Assembly: GCF_900187275.1 (NCBI RefSeq)
Contig: NZ_LT906458.1
Span: 1,950,001 to 1,982,000 of the forward strand
DNA from: Pasteurella multocida
GTDB taxonomy: Bacteria > Pseudomonadota > Gammaproteobacteria > Enterobacterales > Pasteurellaceae
Length of the DNA: 32,000 nucleotides
Direction: 5' to 3'
Shown: one piece after another, positions 1 through 11,243 of the stretch
Layout: each line of letters begins with the position of its first letter
How positions within the stretch are numbered: the first letter of the stretch is position 1
Program-made: the position numbers and the translations under genes
Notes under the pieces: model-generated
Seen by the model: only the letters and a program-made list of their open reading frames with translations
Databases searched by the model: none
Told to the model about the DNA's origin: nothing

Positions 1-812
1 CGCAGATTTTTATTTTCCACAATCTTTTCTTTCTCCGATTGTAGAATCAGCACAGGAATCTCAATACGCGGCAAAATAGTCGGTAATTTTTTAATGGCAC
101 TAAAACATAAATGCACCCAACGGAAGGTCGGTCCCCCTAAATGAATATGCGGATACCGACGATTAATTCGATTCATCCAGCGCATACGAGTTCGACAACA
201 ACTTAAATCATTATTATCCAAATCCGCCGGTTGATAACGTCCTTTGCCAAACACATAGCGTGAACCCTGACCTAATAACATCATTAGATTAATAATGAGC
301 TCATCTCGGAAAGAATGTTTGAGAGGAATGCCATAAAATGGCGCAGAAAAGACCGCACTTTTCACCTGATGATCGTAATTGGCAAGGTAATAAGTACTAA
401 TCAATGCACCTAAGGAATGGGCGAGAATATGTTGATTTTCATAAGGATAAAGTGCGCTGATTTTCGCTAATAAAATTGCCATATCGTCCGCATAAAAACG
501 AAACTCATCAATATAACCTTTCTCATGATCTGGCAATAAACGCTGTGAATAGCCTTGCCCACGATGATCAAATACCAAAACGTCGTAGCCTTGTTGATAG
601 AAATCATAAGCCAGTTCAGTCCATTTCAATAAGTTTTCTGCACGTCCATTGACTAAAATCACCAAATTACGCTGTACGGGATTGTCTTGTACAAAATGCC
701 GATAGGTAATACGTACCCCTTTTTTCCCTTGTACGTCTTGCAACGGAAATTGTGCTGCAAAAGGATGTAATTCAGCCAAGGCAAAGTGAGTAAAATGGGG
801 TTCACGGATCAT
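1..812 (-). CDS. pldB: Lysophospholipase L2 (PldB-like alpha/beta hydrolase), C-terminus outside window
   Basis: Open frame read from the minus strand starting at CAT 810-812 (MIREPHFTHFALAELHPFAAQFPLQDVQGKKGVRITYRHF...VLVFDHRGQGYSQR...ILAHSLGALIS); hydrolase motifs HRGQG and HSLG; runs off the left edge. Confidence 0.82.
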   Translation of the reverse strand, partial: MIREPHFTHFALAELHPFAAQFPLQDVQGKKGVRITYRHFVQDNPVQRNLVILVNGRAENLLKWTELAYDFYQQGYDVLVFDHRGQGYSQRLLPDHEKGYIDEFRFYADDMAILLAKISALYPYENQHILAHSLGALISTYYLANYDHQVKSAVFSAPFYGIPLKHSFRDELIINLMMLLGQGSRYVFGKGRYQPADLDNNDLSCCRTRMRWMNRINRRYPHIHLGGPTFRWVHLCFSAIKKLPTILPRIEIPVLILQSEKEKIVENKNL

Positions 813-908
813 AGCACTTACCAATTATTGAGAGTGGAGAGAGCATTATTCTAGCATAAAATCGGTTTACCGACTATGTGCCAGGCAGTTAGGATGAGGC
901 GTAGAAAG

Positions 909-933
909 GAAAAAAGCAGGCGTGTTGCCTGCT
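909..933 (-). terminator. Rho-independent terminator of asd
   Basis: Perfect stem AGCAGGC(915-921)/GCCTGCT(927-933), followed on the minus strand by a U-rich tract (AAAAA on + at 911-915). Confidence 0.75.
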
Positions 934-953
934 CTTTATGATAGGAAAGGGGA

Positions 954-2063
954 TTACGCCACAAGTTGTTTTAAAATACGGCGAAGTGGCTCAGCGGCAC
1001 CCCAGAGTAATTGGTCGCCCACTGTGAACGCGGCTAAATATTCCGGTCCCATTTTGAGTTTACGTAAACGACCAACGGGCACAGATAAAGTCCCTGTCAC
1101 TTTGGTTGGCGTCAGTTCACGTAAGGTCACGTCTTTTTCATTTGGGATCACTTTCACCCATTCATTGTGACTTGCAAGAATTTGTTCAATTTCTTCAAGT
1201 GGTAAATCTTTTTTCATTTTGATGGTGAAAGCTTGGCTGTGGCAACGCAATGCACCGATACGCACACATAAACCATCAACAGGAATTGGACTGTCGTCTA
1301 AGCCAAGAATTTTATTGGTTTCCGCATAGCCTTTCCATTCTTCTTTGGTTTGACCATCTTCCCAGAGTTTATCAATCCACGGAATTAAGCTCCCTGCCAG
1401 TGGTGCACCAAAGTTTTCAATCGGTAAATCACCGCGCATTTTTGCTGTTACTTTACGTTCAATGTCTAAAATGGAGGAGGCTGGATTATCTAAATCCACT
1501 TTCACGCTGTCTTCAAGTTGACCCATTTGTACCAATAATTCGCGCATGTTTTTCGCACCCGCACCACTTGCTGCTTGGTATGTTGCTACAGACACCCATT
1601 CTACTAAATCACGTTCAAATAAACCGCCTAACGCCATTAACATTAAACTCACAGTACAGTTACCGCCAACGTAGGTTTTAATGCCATTTTTTAAGCCTTC
1701 GCTGATGACATTTTGGTTCACTGGATCAAGCACGATAATCGCGTCTTTTTCCATGCGTAATGCGGACGCGGCATCAATCCAATATCCCTTCCAACCTGCT
1801 GCACGTAATTTCGGATACACCTCGTTGGTATAATCACCACCTTGACAGGTCACGATAATGTCTAATTTTTGTAATTCAGCGATATCAAAAGCATCTTTCA
1901 GCTCACCCGCTTGCTTGCCACCAAATACGGGGGCGTTTTGACCCGCTTGTGATGTGGTAAAAAACACAGGATTGATATTGGCAAAGTCATTTTCTTCTTG
2001 CATACGATCCATCAAGACGGACCCCACCATCCCACGCCAACCGATAAAACCAACGTTTTGCAT
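954..2063 (-). CDS. asd: Aspartate-semialdehyde dehydrogenase
   Basis: 369 aa; [21 protein letters not shown]...[17 protein letters not shown]...; typical gammaproteobacterial Asd. Confidence 0.97.
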   Translation of the reverse strand: MQNVGFIGWRGMVGSVLMDRMQEENDFANINPVFFTTSQAGQNAPVFGGKQAGELKDAFDIAELQKLDIIVTCQGGDYTNEVYPKLRAAGWKGYWIDAASALRMEKDAIIVLDPVNQNVISEGLKNGIKTYVGGNCTVSLMLMALGGLFERDLVEWVSVATYQAASGAGAKNMRELLVQMGQLEDSVKVDLDNPASSILDIERKVTAKMRGDLPIENFGAPLAGSLIPWIDKLWEDGQTKEEWKGYAETNKILGLDDSPIPVDGLCVRIGALRCHSQAFTIKMKKDLPLEEIEQILASHNEWVKVIPNEKDVTLRELTPTKVTGTLSVPVGRLRKLKMGPEYLAAFTVGDQLLWGAAEPLRRILKQLVA

Positions 2064-2334
2064 AAAATTTTCCTTATCTAAAAATATGAATGATATTGTG
2101 TTTGAATAAAGCTAATTAATTACAAGATCGTTTCAATAAATGCAAGCCTTTTTATCTATAAAATAATCAAAGTTAATGATTTTTTGCTTTTTGTAAATAG
2201 CGCATTGATTTTTTTGAAGGATATTTAGTAAAAGTCGGGTAAACATCGTATTGCATACAATCAATGGATTTTTTGGGATGTTTTGTTTCTGCACCTGTCA
2301 GGGATGAGCGCTATCTTTAGTTGGATACACATAT

Positions 2335-2371
2335 AAAAAATCTGCACATTAAACTATGTTAATGTGCAGAT
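2335..2371 (-). terminator. Rho-independent terminator of tktA
   Basis: Perfect 13-bp inverted repeat ATCTGCACATTAA(2340-2352)/TTAATGTGCAGAT(2359-2371), U-tract on minus strand from AAAAAA 2335-2340. Confidence 0.85.
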
Positions 2372-2394
2372 TGTGTGTTGAGCTAAAAGACAGA

Positions 2395-4401
2395 TTAGAG
2401 AATTTCTTTGGCTTTCGCGACCACGTTTTCAACGGTGAAACCAAAGAGTTTGAACAATTGGTCAGCTGGTGCGGATTCACCAAAACTGTTCATCCCCACA
2501 ACACGTCCCTCAAAGCCCACATATTTGTACCAGAAGTCCGCAATACCCGCTTCAATCGCAACACGTTTTGTTATGTGGCTTGGTAACACGCTTTCACGGT
2601 AAGCCGCATCTTGTTTATCAAACACATTGGTGCTCGGCATAGAGACAACACGCACTTTTACCCCTTCTGCATCTAAAACATCCGCTGCTTTCATCGCCAA
2701 TTCCACCTCAGAACCGGTCGCAATCAAGATTAAATCTGGGCAAGTTTGGTTTTCACAGCAGTGACGTAATACATAACCACCACGTGCCACATTGGCTAAC
2801 TGCTCAGCAGTGCGGTCCATTTGCGCAAGATTTTGACGAGTAAAAATTAACGCACTAGGTCCCTCTTTACGTTCCACCGCCGCTTTCCACGCCACCGCCG
2901 ATTCCACTTGGTCACATGGACGCCATGTTTCCAAATTTGGAATTAAACGTAAAGCAGACGTTTGTTCAACCGGTTGGTGAGTTGGACCGTCTTCACCAAG
3001 CCCAATAGAGTCGTGGGTGTAAACAAATAATGAACGTTGTTTCATTAATGCCGCCATACGCACCGCATTGTGTGCATATTCCATAAACATCAAGAAAGTG
3101 GCACCATAAGGAATGAAACCACCATGTAACGCAATACCATTCATAATCGCCGACATACCAAACTCACGCACACCGTAGTTGATGTAGTTACCATCGGCAT
3201 TTTCTACTGCACGGATTGGTTTGGAACCTGACCAGAGGGTTAAGTTTGAGCTGGCTAAATCCGCTGACCCACCTAAAAACTCCGGTAATAATTTAGCATA
3301 GGCTTCAATTGCATTTTGTGACGCTTTACGGCTGGCAATGCTCGCCGGATTCGCTTGTAAATGTTCAATAAAGGCTTGTGATTCTGCCGCCCAGTTTGCC
3401 GGTAGCTCCGCATTCACACGACGGGTAAATTCCGCCGCTAATTCTGGGTAAGCTTTGGCATAAGCTGCCAATTTTTCTTCCCACGCTTTTTCAGCAACTT
3501 GACCTTTTTCTTTCGCATCCCACTGTGCATAAATCTCCGCAGGAATTTCAAACGGGGCATGCTCCCATTTTAAGAATTCACGTGCTGCCGCAATTTCATC
3601 ATCACCTAATGGAGCACCATGACAATCGTGTGAGTTGGCTTTATTCGGTGAACCATAACCGATAATGGTTTTACAAATAATGAGCGTTGGTTTGGTTGTC
3701 TCCGCTTGGGCTTGTTTCACCGCCTCAAGAATTTGTTCTGGATTATGACCATCTACCGCAGGAATCACATGCCAACCATAGGCCTCAAACCGTTTTTGCG
3801 TATCATCAGTGAACCAACCGTCCACATGACCATCAATTGAGATATTGTTGTCGTCATAGAAGGCAATTAGTTTACCTAACCCTAGAGTACCCGCTAAAGA
3901 ACAAGCTTCATGAGAAATCCCTTCCATTAAACAACCATCGCCTAAGAACACATAGGTGTGGTGGTCAACAATTTCATGACCTGGACGGTTAAATTGATGG
4001 GCAAGGGTTTTCTCCGCAATCGCAAAACCCACTGCGTTCGTAATCCCTTGACCTAATGGTCCTGTTGTGGTTTCAACACCCGGCGCATAACCATATTCTG
4101 GGTGTCCCGGTGTTTTGGAATGTAATTGACGGAATTGTTTTAAATCTTCAATAGAAAGGTCATAACCACTTAAATGTAATAAACTGTAAATCAGCATTGA
4201 ACCATGACCATTGGATAAAATGAAACGGTCGCGATCGGCCCAGTGTGGATTGCTTGGGTTATGTTTTAAAAAGTCACGCCATAAGACTTCTGCAATATCT
4301 GCCATCCCCATCGGTGCACCTGGATGCCCTGATTTTGCTTTTTGCACTGCATCCATACTTAAAAAACGAATGGCATTTGCCAGTTCTCTACGTGTTGCCA
4401 T
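2395..4401 (-). CDS. tktA: Transketolase
   Basis: ORF 2395..4431; likely start at [41 protein letters not shown] (CAT 4399-4401); thiamine-diphosphate-binding and transketolase motifs [13 protein letters not shown] and [15 protein letters not shown]. Confidence 0.97.
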   Translation of the reverse strand: MATRRELANAIRFLSMDAVQKAKSGHPGAPMGMADIAEVLWRDFLKHNPSNPHWADRDRFILSNGHGSMLIYSLLHLSGYDLSIEDLKQFRQLHSKTPGHPEYGYAPGVETTTGPLGQGITNAVGFAIAEKTLAHQFNRPGHEIVDHHTYVFLGDGCLMEGISHEACSLAGTLGLGKLIAFYDDNNISIDGHVDGWFTDDTQKRFEAYGWHVIPAVDGHNPEQILEAVKQAQAETTKPTLIICKTIIGYGSPNKANSHDCHGAPLGDDEIAAAREFLKWEHAPFEIPAEIYAQWDAKEKGQVAEKAWEEKLAAYAKAYPELAAEFTRRVNAELPANWAAESQAFIEHLQANPASIASRKASQNAIEAYAKLLPEFLGGSADLASSNLTLWSGSKPIRAVENADGNYINYGVREFGMSAIMNGIALHGGFIPYGATFLMFMEYAHNAVRMAALMKQRSLFVYTHDSIGLGEDGPTHQPVEQTSALRLIPNLETWRPCDQVESAVAWKAAVERKEGPSALIFTRQNLAQMDRTAEQLANVARGGYVLRHCCENQTCPDLILIATGSEVELAMKAADVLDAEGVKVRVVSMPSTNVFDKQDAAYRESVLPSHITKRVAIEAGIADFWYKYVGFEGRVVGMNSFGESAPADQLFKLFGFTVENVVAKAKEIL

Positions 4402-4572
4402 AGTGATTACTCCTAAGTAATTAAGACTCAAATTTGAGCAGTATTTTACGCTATTTTACTGCTAAAGGATAATGAATTTCTTGCTTGTCTATGAGGCTTG
4501 AAGATTCATTTTCTTTTTTTATTAAACACTCTATACTGTATTAAGTAACTTATATTCAATACAGGAAAAAAG

Positions 4573-5388
4573 ATGAAATATCAAGTCATTGCATTTGATC
4601 TTGATGGCACCTTATTAAATCGCCAAGGTCAAATTCTTCCCACCAGTAAAAAAATCATTCAGCATTGTCTGGATAAAGGGCTCAAGGTCATGCTCGTGAC
4701 CGGACGACACCACACTGCAGCATACCCTTATTATCATGAACTGAATTTAACCACGCCGATGATTTGTTGTAATGGGACTTATGTTTATCAACCACAAACC
4801 GATCAAGTACTCAGTGCAAACCCGCTTTCTTTATCGCAAGCGAAAACAGTAGTGCAACTGGCTGAAAAGTATGGGCTTCATTTACTCGTGTATTCGCGTG
4901 ATGCCATGAACTACGCTGTATTAAATGAGCACATGAGAAAATTTTCTCAATGGGTCCAACATTGTCCTCCTCACGTACGCCCGCATTTATGTCAGGTTTC
5001 AGATTTTCACGCGTTGCTGGATGATAAGGAAACTATCTGGAAATTCGTGATCAGTCATCCTGAACGTGACACAATGCTCAAGGCTGTCCAAGCACTTTCA
5101 CCAACGGAGTTTAGTTGCGAATGGTCTTGGGTTGATCGTGTTGATATCGCCAATGCAGGTAACACGAAAGGCGCAAGACTTTTAGAATTACTGAACTCCT
5201 GGCACATTGCACCTCAACATGTGATTGCGTTTGGGGATAATCATAACGATATCTCTATGTTAAGTGCAGTGGGGCTCGGTGTCGCAATGGGCAATGCTGA
5301 AAACGAGGTTAAACAACAGGCGGATTTGATCACGTTGAGCAATGATGAAGACGGAATCGCGTCTGTCCTTGCTACCGTTCTCGACTAA
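4573..5388 (+). CDS. HAD-superfamily Cof-type sugar/pyridoxal phosphatase
   Basis: 271 aa; HAD motifs FDLDGTLL at the N-terminus and GDNHNDISML near the C-terminus. Confidence 0.88.
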   Translation: MKYQVIAFDLDGTLLNRQGQILPTSKKIIQHCLDKGLKVMLVTGRHHTAAYPYYHELNLTTPMICCNGTYVYQPQTDQVLSANPLSLSQAKTVVQLAEKYGLHLLVYSRDAMNYAVLNEHMRKFSQWVQHCPPHVRPHLCQVSDFHALLDDKETIWKFVISHPERDTMLKAVQALSPTEFSCEWSWVDRVDIANAGNTKGARLLELLNSWHIAPQHVIAFGDNHNDISMLSAVGLGVAMGNAENEVKQQADLITLSNDEDGIASVLATVLD

Positions 5389-5401
5389 TCACCTTTTAAG
5401 G

Positions 5402-5434
5402 ATAAAGAGCTAAAGTACCTCCTTTAGCTCTTTT
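5402..5434. terminator. Bidirectional terminator between converging HAD gene and carbohydrate operon
   Basis: Perfect 12-bp inverted repeat AAAGAGCTAAAG(5404-5415)/CTTTAGCTCTTT(5422-5433) between converging stops. Confidence 0.8.
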
Positions 5435-5446
5435 GCTTAGCGCGTT

Positions 5447-6142
5447 TTATTGCCCGTAATACGCGTTTTTCCCATGTTTACGTAAGTAGTGTTTATCTAG
5501 CAATTCTTGCTGCATCGACGCTAAATTTGGACGCAGTTGACGACTAAATAAATTCATATAGCCAATCTCTTCCAGAACCACTGCATTATGTACGGCATTA
5601 TCAGGATCGGTACCCCAAGCAAAAGGACCATGAGAGTGCACTAATACTGCTGGTACATCTTTCGGATCGATTCCTCTCACACGGAATGTTTCCACAATCA
5701 CTTTGCCGGTTTCAAGCTCATATTCGCCTTGAATTTCGGCAGGGGTCATTTTACGTGTACAAGGAATTGAACCATAGAAATAATCAGCATGAGTCGTCCC
5801 CGCCGCAATCAAATCTTCACCGGCTTGCGCCCAAATCGTAGCGTGGCGTGAGTGAGTATGAACAATCCCGCCTAAGCTTGGAAATTGACGATAAAGTTCT
5901 AAATGGGTCGCGGTATCTGAGGAAGGTTTTTTGTTGCCTTCCACCACTTGCCCTGTAAAGAGGTCAACTACTACCATATCCTCCACTGTCATGGTGTCAT
6001 ACTCTACGCCGGAGGGCTTAATCACAACTAAATTTTTTTCTCTGTCGATGCCACTCACGTTACCCCAAGTAAATGTCACTAACTTGTATTTGGGTAATGC
6101 CAAATTGGCTTCAAACACTTTTTGTTTCAATTCTTCTAACAT
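5447..6142 (-). CDS. sgbE: L-ribulose-5-phosphate 4-epimerase (AraD/SgbE/UlaF family)
   Basis: Likely start [35 protein letters not shown] within ORF 5447..6178; class II aldolase motifs ([20 protein letters not shown]); overlaps the sgbU stop by 7 nt. Confidence 0.9.
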   Translation of the reverse strand: MLEELKQKVFEANLALPKYKLVTFTWGNVSGIDREKNLVVIKPSGVEYDTMTVEDMVVVDLFTGQVVEGNKKPSSDTATHLELYRQFPSLGGIVHTHSRHATIWAQAGEDLIAAGTTHADYFYGSIPCTRKMTPAEIQGEYELETGKVIVETFRVRGIDPKDVPAVLVHSHGPFAWGTDPDNAVHNAVVLEEIGYMNLFSRQLRPNLASMQQELLDKHYLRKHGKNAYYGQ

Positions 6143-6996
6143 TGGAAACCACCTTCTTTCATTTTTTGTTCGATCCAACGACGTGCGTTGATAATTTCAG
6201 CAATGGGTTCTTCCGCTTTTTCCGTCCACATTTCAATTAAAAAAGCACCACGGTAATTTAACGCGGCTAGTGTTTTAAAACATTGCGCAAAATCAACACA
6301 GCCTTCACCAAATGGCACATCACGGAATTGCCCTTGACAGGTTTCTGTTACTTTATAGGTGTCTTTTAAATGGATCGCCGAAATTTTGTCGATACCTAAT
6401 TTCAGTTCTTCTGCAACATTATCATTCCACGCCGACAGATTGCCTAAATCAGGGTAAACGGTAAACCACGGGGAGCGAATTAACTCATCCCATTTTTTCC
6501 AACGGCTAATCGAACTCATGAATTTTGTGTCCATAATTTCGACCGCAAGGGTGACTTGATTGCTAGCGGCAAGTGCTACCGCCCATTCCATCCCTTGTTG
6601 AAAACGAGCAATCGTTCCTTCATCTTGTTCTTCATAGTACACATCGTAACCTGCGATTTGAATAGTACGAATACCTAAATCAACAGCAAGTTGGATGGCT
6701 TTTTCCATCACTTCATAAGCTTTTTGGCGCGTGGTTTCATCTCGGCTACCAAATGGGAAGCGACGATGAGCCGATAAGCACATGGAAGGAATCGTGATGC
6801 CTGTTGAAATAATGGCTTTTGCTAATTTAATGCGCTCTTTTTTTGTCCAATCTAAGCGTGCAAGTCGTTCATCAGTTTCATCAATGGAAATTTCAACAAA
6901 GTCAAAGCCACAGGCTTTGGCAATGGAGAGACGATCTTGCCAGCTTATATTTTTAGGGAGGGCTTTTTCATAAATCCCTATTTTATGTTTTCTCAC
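6136..6996 (-). CDS. sgbU: L-xylulose-5-phosphate (L-ribulose-5-phosphate) 3-epimerase
   Basis: 286 aa; [50 protein letters not shown] matches the SgbU/UlaE family; operon context. Confidence 0.92.
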   Translation of the reverse strand: MRKHKIGIYEKALPKNISWQDRLSIAKACGFDFVEISIDETDERLARLDWTKKERIKLAKAIISTGITIPSMCLSAHRRFPFGSRDETTRQKAYEVMEKAIQLAVDLGIRTIQIAGYDVYYEEQDEGTIARFQQGMEWAVALAASNQVTLAVEIMDTKFMSSISRWKKWDELIRSPWFTVYPDLGNLSAWNDNVAEELKLGIDKISAIHLKDTYKVTETCQGQFRDVPFGEGCVDFAQCFKTLAALNYRGAFLIEMWTEKAEEPIAEIINARRWIEQKMKEGGFQC

Positions 6997-7020
6997 TATT
7001 TGCTCCGTATTTCTGTATTA

Positions 7021-7665
7021 TCACCAATATTTATTAATTTCTGACCGCACTTTTTCTGCAGTTAATTTGCCCGCTTCACCCGTAAAGGCTCTGCCAGCAA
7101 TGAAGGCTTTAGCATTGATTTCTTTAAATAAATGAATATCTTCAGGGATAATGCCGCCTGTAATAGAAAGCGCCAGACCGATATCGGACAGTTTTTTCAT
7201 CGTGTTCAGATCGTCTTCGCTCCAACCTTTGCCTGCTGCTTCCGCATCGCGTGAACGATGATAAATGGCTTGTGTGATGCCTAAATCCACCCACGCTTTT
7301 GCATCGTCAAATGTCCAGTTACCATAGATTTCAATTTGAATCTCTTTGTTGTAACTATCCGCAATTTTTTTACAGCTCGCAATAGTGGCAATGTGAGCCG
7401 CGGCAGAAACGGTGAGCCAGTCTGTTCCTGCCTTGAATGCCATTTCCGCTAAAATTGCTCCTGCATCAGTGGTTTTCATATCACAGACTAAAATGTGATC
7501 TGGGTGCAAGGCGCGCAATGTACGGACTGCGCGCATTCCTTCTGCAAAGGCAAGAATGGTGCCGACTTCAATAATATCGACAGAATCAGCCGCATTTTTT
7601 GCGGTGACAACCGCGCTTTCTAAATCAAGCGAATCTAGTGCAAGTTGAATAAGTGGTTTTGCCAT
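7021..7665 (-). CDS. sgbH: 3-keto-L-gulonate-6-phosphate decarboxylase
   Basis: Likely start MAKPLIQLALDSLDLESAV; KGPDC motifs (EVGTILAFAEGMRAVRTLR, DMKTTDAG, SITGGI). Confidence 0.92.
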   Translation of the reverse strand: MAKPLIQLALDSLDLESAVVTAKNAADSVDIIEVGTILAFAEGMRAVRTLRALHPDHILVCDMKTTDAGAILAEMAFKAGTDWLTVSAAAHIATIASCKKIADSYNKEIQIEIYGNWTFDDAKAWVDLGITQAIYHRSRDAEAAGKGWSEDDLNTMKKLSDIGLALSITGGIIPEDIHLFKEINAKAFIAGRAFTGEAGKLTAEKVRSEINKYW

Positions 7666-7683
7666 ATTGTTCCTCATTATCAA

Positions 7684-9135
7684 TTAAAGCATTGCTTTTA
7701 AGGCAGTAGTAAGTTGTTGATAGCGTTGATATTTAGCTTGGTAAGCTGCAAAATAAGCCGGATTCGGTTCCACATGCAGCATAGATTGTGCTTGAAAGAC
7801 ATCTGCTGATTCATTTGCCCCTTGCATTGCCATTAATGCCGCCCCTAAGCAGCCGGTTTCTTCGATTTGTGGAATTTCTAATCGCATTCCTGTGAAATCA
7901 GCCAACATTTGTAACCAAATAGGGGATTGGGTTGGTCCGCCTGTGACACGCAACAGGTTTGCTTGTGGGAAGCGTTTTCGCATGCGCTCTAAATGATGCA
8001 TTAAACTGAACAGGACCCCTTCGTAAATGGCTTGGAGTAGATGTGCTTGGGTATGGTGAGCTTGCATACCATAGAAACAAGCTTGCATACCTAGTCCTGC
8101 ATTGGAACCGTATAAGAATGGCACAAATAAGACAGAGCTTGAGGCAGGTTCGAGGGATGCAACATGCTGATTAATGTGTGCATAATCCAAATGCCACTGT
8201 TTGACGAACCATTCTAAATTTCCTGCGGAAGTCGGGCTGGCTTCATGGACAATGAATTTGCCAGCTTCCGCATAACATCCATAAACAAAAGGCAGTGTTT
8301 GTTGCTGATCGATATGTTGAGTCACCCCACTCACCACCGACCAAGTGCCCAATACAGCATTCAGTTTGGTTTCATCATCCAGACCGGCACAAAGTGCGGT
8401 TGATACCACATCAAAAAGACCACCGACGACAGCGGTTCCTACAGCCAATCCGGTGAGTTCAGCTGCTTTGGGCGTGACATATCCCGCAATTTGGTTAGCC
8501 GCGATAACCGGTGGGAGCTTCGCAATAATGCCTTCTAACCCGAGCAGCTCGGCAAGTTTGGGATCGTATTGACCGCTATGAATATTGTAGAGATTTGATT
8601 CAGATATATTGGTTTCTTCACAGTGTAGCTCACCAGTTAAACAAAAACGCAAGTAATCATGTGACATCAGAATTGAACCAATTCGTTGATAACGCTCCGG
8701 CTCATGTTCTTTTAACCAACGTAATATAGAAACAGGATGACCTGTCCAGAGCGTTTGTCGTGTATGTGGATATAATTGCTCAGGGATCCCTTGTTCTTGC
8801 CATTGTTTGACAAGCGTTAACGCACGCTGATCGGAAGATAAAATTCCTCGACCAAGCGGTTTATTTTCTTGATCTAATAGGAAAGCCCCTTTGCCCTGTG
8901 CAGAGATTCCTATCCCTTTAATATGTTGAGGGGAAACTTGGCTACGCTCAATCGTTTGACGAATGACACGAGCAAAAATTTGCCATAACTCATCCATATC
9001 ACGTTCAGCATAGCCCGCTTGTTCACTGATGACTTGCACATTTTCACGGACACAACTAAACATTTTTCCCGTTTTATCAAAGAGTGCTGCTTTGATAAAC
9101 GTCCCCCCACAGTCTATGCCTAAGTAATAATTCAC
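7684..9135 (-). CDS. lyxK: FGGY-family carbohydrate kinase, L-xylulokinase-like
   Basis: 483 aa; MNYYLGIDCGGTFIKAALFD N-terminal ATPase motif and C-terminal VTGGPTQSPIWLQMLAD; position in the yia/sgb operon. Confidence 0.85.
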   Translation of the reverse strand: MNYYLGIDCGGTFIKAALFDKTGKMFSCVRENVQVISEQAGYAERDMDELWQIFARVIRQTIERSQVSPQHIKGIGISAQGKGAFLLDQENKPLGRGILSSDQRALTLVKQWQEQGIPEQLYPHTRQTLWTGHPVSILRWLKEHEPERYQRIGSILMSHDYLRFCLTGELHCEETNISESNLYNIHSGQYDPKLAELLGLEGIIAKLPPVIAANQIAGYVTPKAAELTGLAVGTAVVGGLFDVVSTALCAGLDDETKLNAVLGTWSVVSGVTQHIDQQQTLPFVYGCYAEAGKFIVHEASPTSAGNLEWFVKQWHLDYAHINQHVASLEPASSSVLFVPFLYGSNAGLGMQACFYGMQAHHTQAHLLQAIYEGVLFSLMHHLERMRKRFPQANLLRVTGGPTQSPIWLQMLADFTGMRLEIPQIEETGCLGAALMAMQGANESADVFQAQSMLHVEPNPAYFAAYQAKYQRYQQLTTALKAML

Positions 9136-9144
9136 AGTCCATCC

Positions 9145-10032
9145 TTAATAACAAGTTAACCGATAAAGACTATTTGTCGCTGTAATGAATAAGGTTTTTT
9201 GGTCGGCACCAAATGTACAATTTGAGGTGGTTTTATCTAGGAGGACACGTCCTAAAAGGGTGCCATCCATTAATAAAATGACCAATCCCGTTTCACAGCT
9301 ACAATAAATCACATTCTGTTGATCAATACAAAAACCATCGGGAATCCCCGGTGAGATTTCTGCAATGATGCGTCTATTTTCAAGTTGTTTACCCACCACA
9401 TCAAACGCAACAAGATGGTGTAAACCTGATTTTTCAAACTCGACGGCAGACATGTCTGCGACAATCAATTGCGATTCATCGGCAGAAAAGGCCAAACCAT
9501 TTGGGCGCATAACATGAAAGCTTGCCACATGTAGCGCTGTTGTGGCTGGGTCATAGCAATAAACATAACAACCGATGATTTCACTGGCGGCTTTTTTCCC
9601 TTCCGCATCACTTAAAATACCATAGGGGGGATCGGTAAACCAGATTGTACCATCGGATTTCACCACCACGTCATTCGGTGAATTAAGTTGCTTTTGCTCG
9701 AGTTTATCGACCAGTAACCGACGATGACCTTGTTTATCTGTCAAGCTAATGCCACGCATTTCATGTTCACAAGTAATTAGGTTGCCCATCGCATCGACGG
9801 TATTCCCGTTCGCAAAATAGGAGGGAGAACGAAAAATTTGTGTTCCCTCGTTTGCTGTCCAGCGGTACATCGTATTGCCTTTGACATCACTAAAAATCAC
9901 CGCATTTTCTTCCGCTAACCAGACCGGTCCTTCAGCCCAAATAGCCTGATCAAACAGTTCTTCAATGTGTAAATTTGAGCCAACGAAGTCGTAGAAACGT
10001 GGATCATAAATTTCAATTTTTGCGGGTAACAT
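9145..10032 (-). CDS. SMP-30/gluconolactonase/LRE family lactonase
   Basis: 295 aa; EGPVWLAEENAVIFSDV, NSPNDVVVKSDGTIWFTDPPYG and PNGLAFSADESQLIVAD beta-propeller motifs typical of the SMP-30/gluconolactonase family. Confidence 0.9.
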   Translation of the reverse strand: MLPAKIEIYDPRFYDFVGSNLHIEELFDQAIWAEGPVWLAEENAVIFSDVKGNTMYRWTANEGTQIFRSPSYFANGNTVDAMGNLITCEHEMRGISLTDKQGHRRLLVDKLEQKQLNSPNDVVVKSDGTIWFTDPPYGILSDAEGKKAASEIIGCYVYCYDPATTALHVASFHVMRPNGLAFSADESQLIVADMSAVEFEKSGLHHLVAFDVVGKQLENRRIIAEISPGIPDGFCIDQQNVIYCSCETGLVILLMDGTLLGRVLLDKTTSNCTFGADQKTLFITATNSLYRLTCY

Positions 10033-10050
10033 AAGCTCTCCTTATGAGGA

Positions 10051-10059
10051 AAGTGCGGT
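10051..10059 (+). repeat. DNA uptake signal sequence core (USS) in the gap between ABC binding protein and lactonase
   Basis: AAGTGCGGT. Confidence 0.9.
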
Positions 10060-10094
10060 CGTTTTTTACAAATTTTCACGACCGCCATGACGAA

Positions 10095-11204
10095 TTACTT
10101 CACATCCCAAATGCGTTTATAAGCATCTTTATAACCATTTTGTGGGTCGTAAAGATTTTTCTCACCACCGTCAAATGCCACGTTGTCTTTAATGACGAGG
10201 TGGGCTGGGGTGATATAACCAGACGGTTTCTCTTTGGCAAAGGCGCGATTTAGCTCATCGACAAGCTGCCAGCCATGTAAATTTAACGGTTCTGGTACGG
10301 TTGCAAATTGATGATTGTTGGTACGAATACGTTGGTAAGCGGTCACCGAACCGTCGCCAGCCGAAATGTTATAAGGCATCTCGCCTTTATTAGCAGAACG
10401 TAATGATGGCGCCATGAAATCAAAATAGAGGTCGTTGATCGCTAAGGTGTATTGCAGATCATCGCCATATTTTTGCAATAAGCTAAAGGTCAAGCTCGGC
10501 ATACGGCTTGAGGTGTCTGCCAATGGTGTATCAATAAATTCCAATACTTTACATTCTTTGCATTGCTCAATGACGTCTTTCATCACATTTGCTTTGCGTA
10601 ACGCGATTTCATATAACGAGTCGGTCAGAATAACCACTTTGGCTTTCCCATCTGAATTTGCGACCGCAAGTTGTGCAGAGAGTTTAGCAATCTGGTCGGA
10701 GTCTGATGTCACATTGTAGAAAATATTATATTTATCAATTGGACCTGGTTCTGGTGTCGCATGCCAAGCAACAAGAGTAATTCCATTTTTATTGGCTTTG
10801 CCTAAAGGAATTTTTGCCACATTAGGGTTCCAACCGCCAATCACAATCGCATCAGGTTTACGTGCGATCGCTTGGTTTAAGGCAGAAAGTTGGTTGTTCA
10901 CAGAACCCGCCCCATCAAGCACATCAAATTTCCAACCCGCGACCGCAGTGGCTTCTTTCATGCCATCAATCACGCCAAGTACACCGCCATTTTTCATGTC
11001 GGAAGCAACAAAAATCACATTTTTACTTGGTTGTAATTTAGGTCCAGTGGTAGGTCCGTCCCAGACCGTTTGTTGTGCCGTTGCGGCAGCGACATGTTGT
11101 TTGGCTTCTGCCACAAAAGGATCGTTAGCGAGCGCTTGCGTCGCAAAAGAGAGTGTGACTAACGCGGCGAGTGCGCTTAAACCACGATGAAATTGCTGTT
11201 TCAT
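10095..11204 (-). CDS. Sugar ABC transporter periplasmic substrate-binding protein (type I, RbsB-like fold)
   Basis: 369 aa; signal peptide MKQQFHRGLSALAALVTLSFATQALA; VNNQLSALNQAIARKPDAIVIGG; adjacent permease and ATPase. Confidence 0.85.
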   Translation of the reverse strand: MKQQFHRGLSALAALVTLSFATQALANDPFVAEAKQHVAAATAQQTVWDGPTTGPKLQPSKNVIFVASDMKNGGVLGVIDGMKEATAVAGWKFDVLDGAGSVNNQLSALNQAIARKPDAIVIGGWNPNVAKIPLGKANKNGITLVAWHATPEPGPIDKYNIFYNVTSDSDQIAKLSAQLAVANSDGKAKVVILTDSLYEIALRKANVMKDVIEQCKECKVLEFIDTPLADTSSRMPSLTFSLLQKYGDDLQYTLAINDLYFDFMAPSLRSANKGEMPYNISAGDGSVTAYQRIRTNNHQFATVPEPLNLHGWQLVDELNRAFAKEKPSGYITPAHLVIKDNVAFDGGEKNLYDPQNGYKDAYKRIWDVK

Positions 11205-11243
11205 AAAGTTCTCCTCAGTATTAGATGAGTATCAACAACAAAG

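Noticed and set aside
1250-1681. 143-aa plus-strand ORF antisense to asd
   Set aside because: Fully embedded in asd with no plausible independent signals.
2064-2334. Possible lysine riboswitch or small RNA between asd and tktA
   Set aside because: AT-rich gap considered because asd can be lysine-controlled, but I could not identify conserved L-box motifs by eye; a covariance-model scan would settle it.
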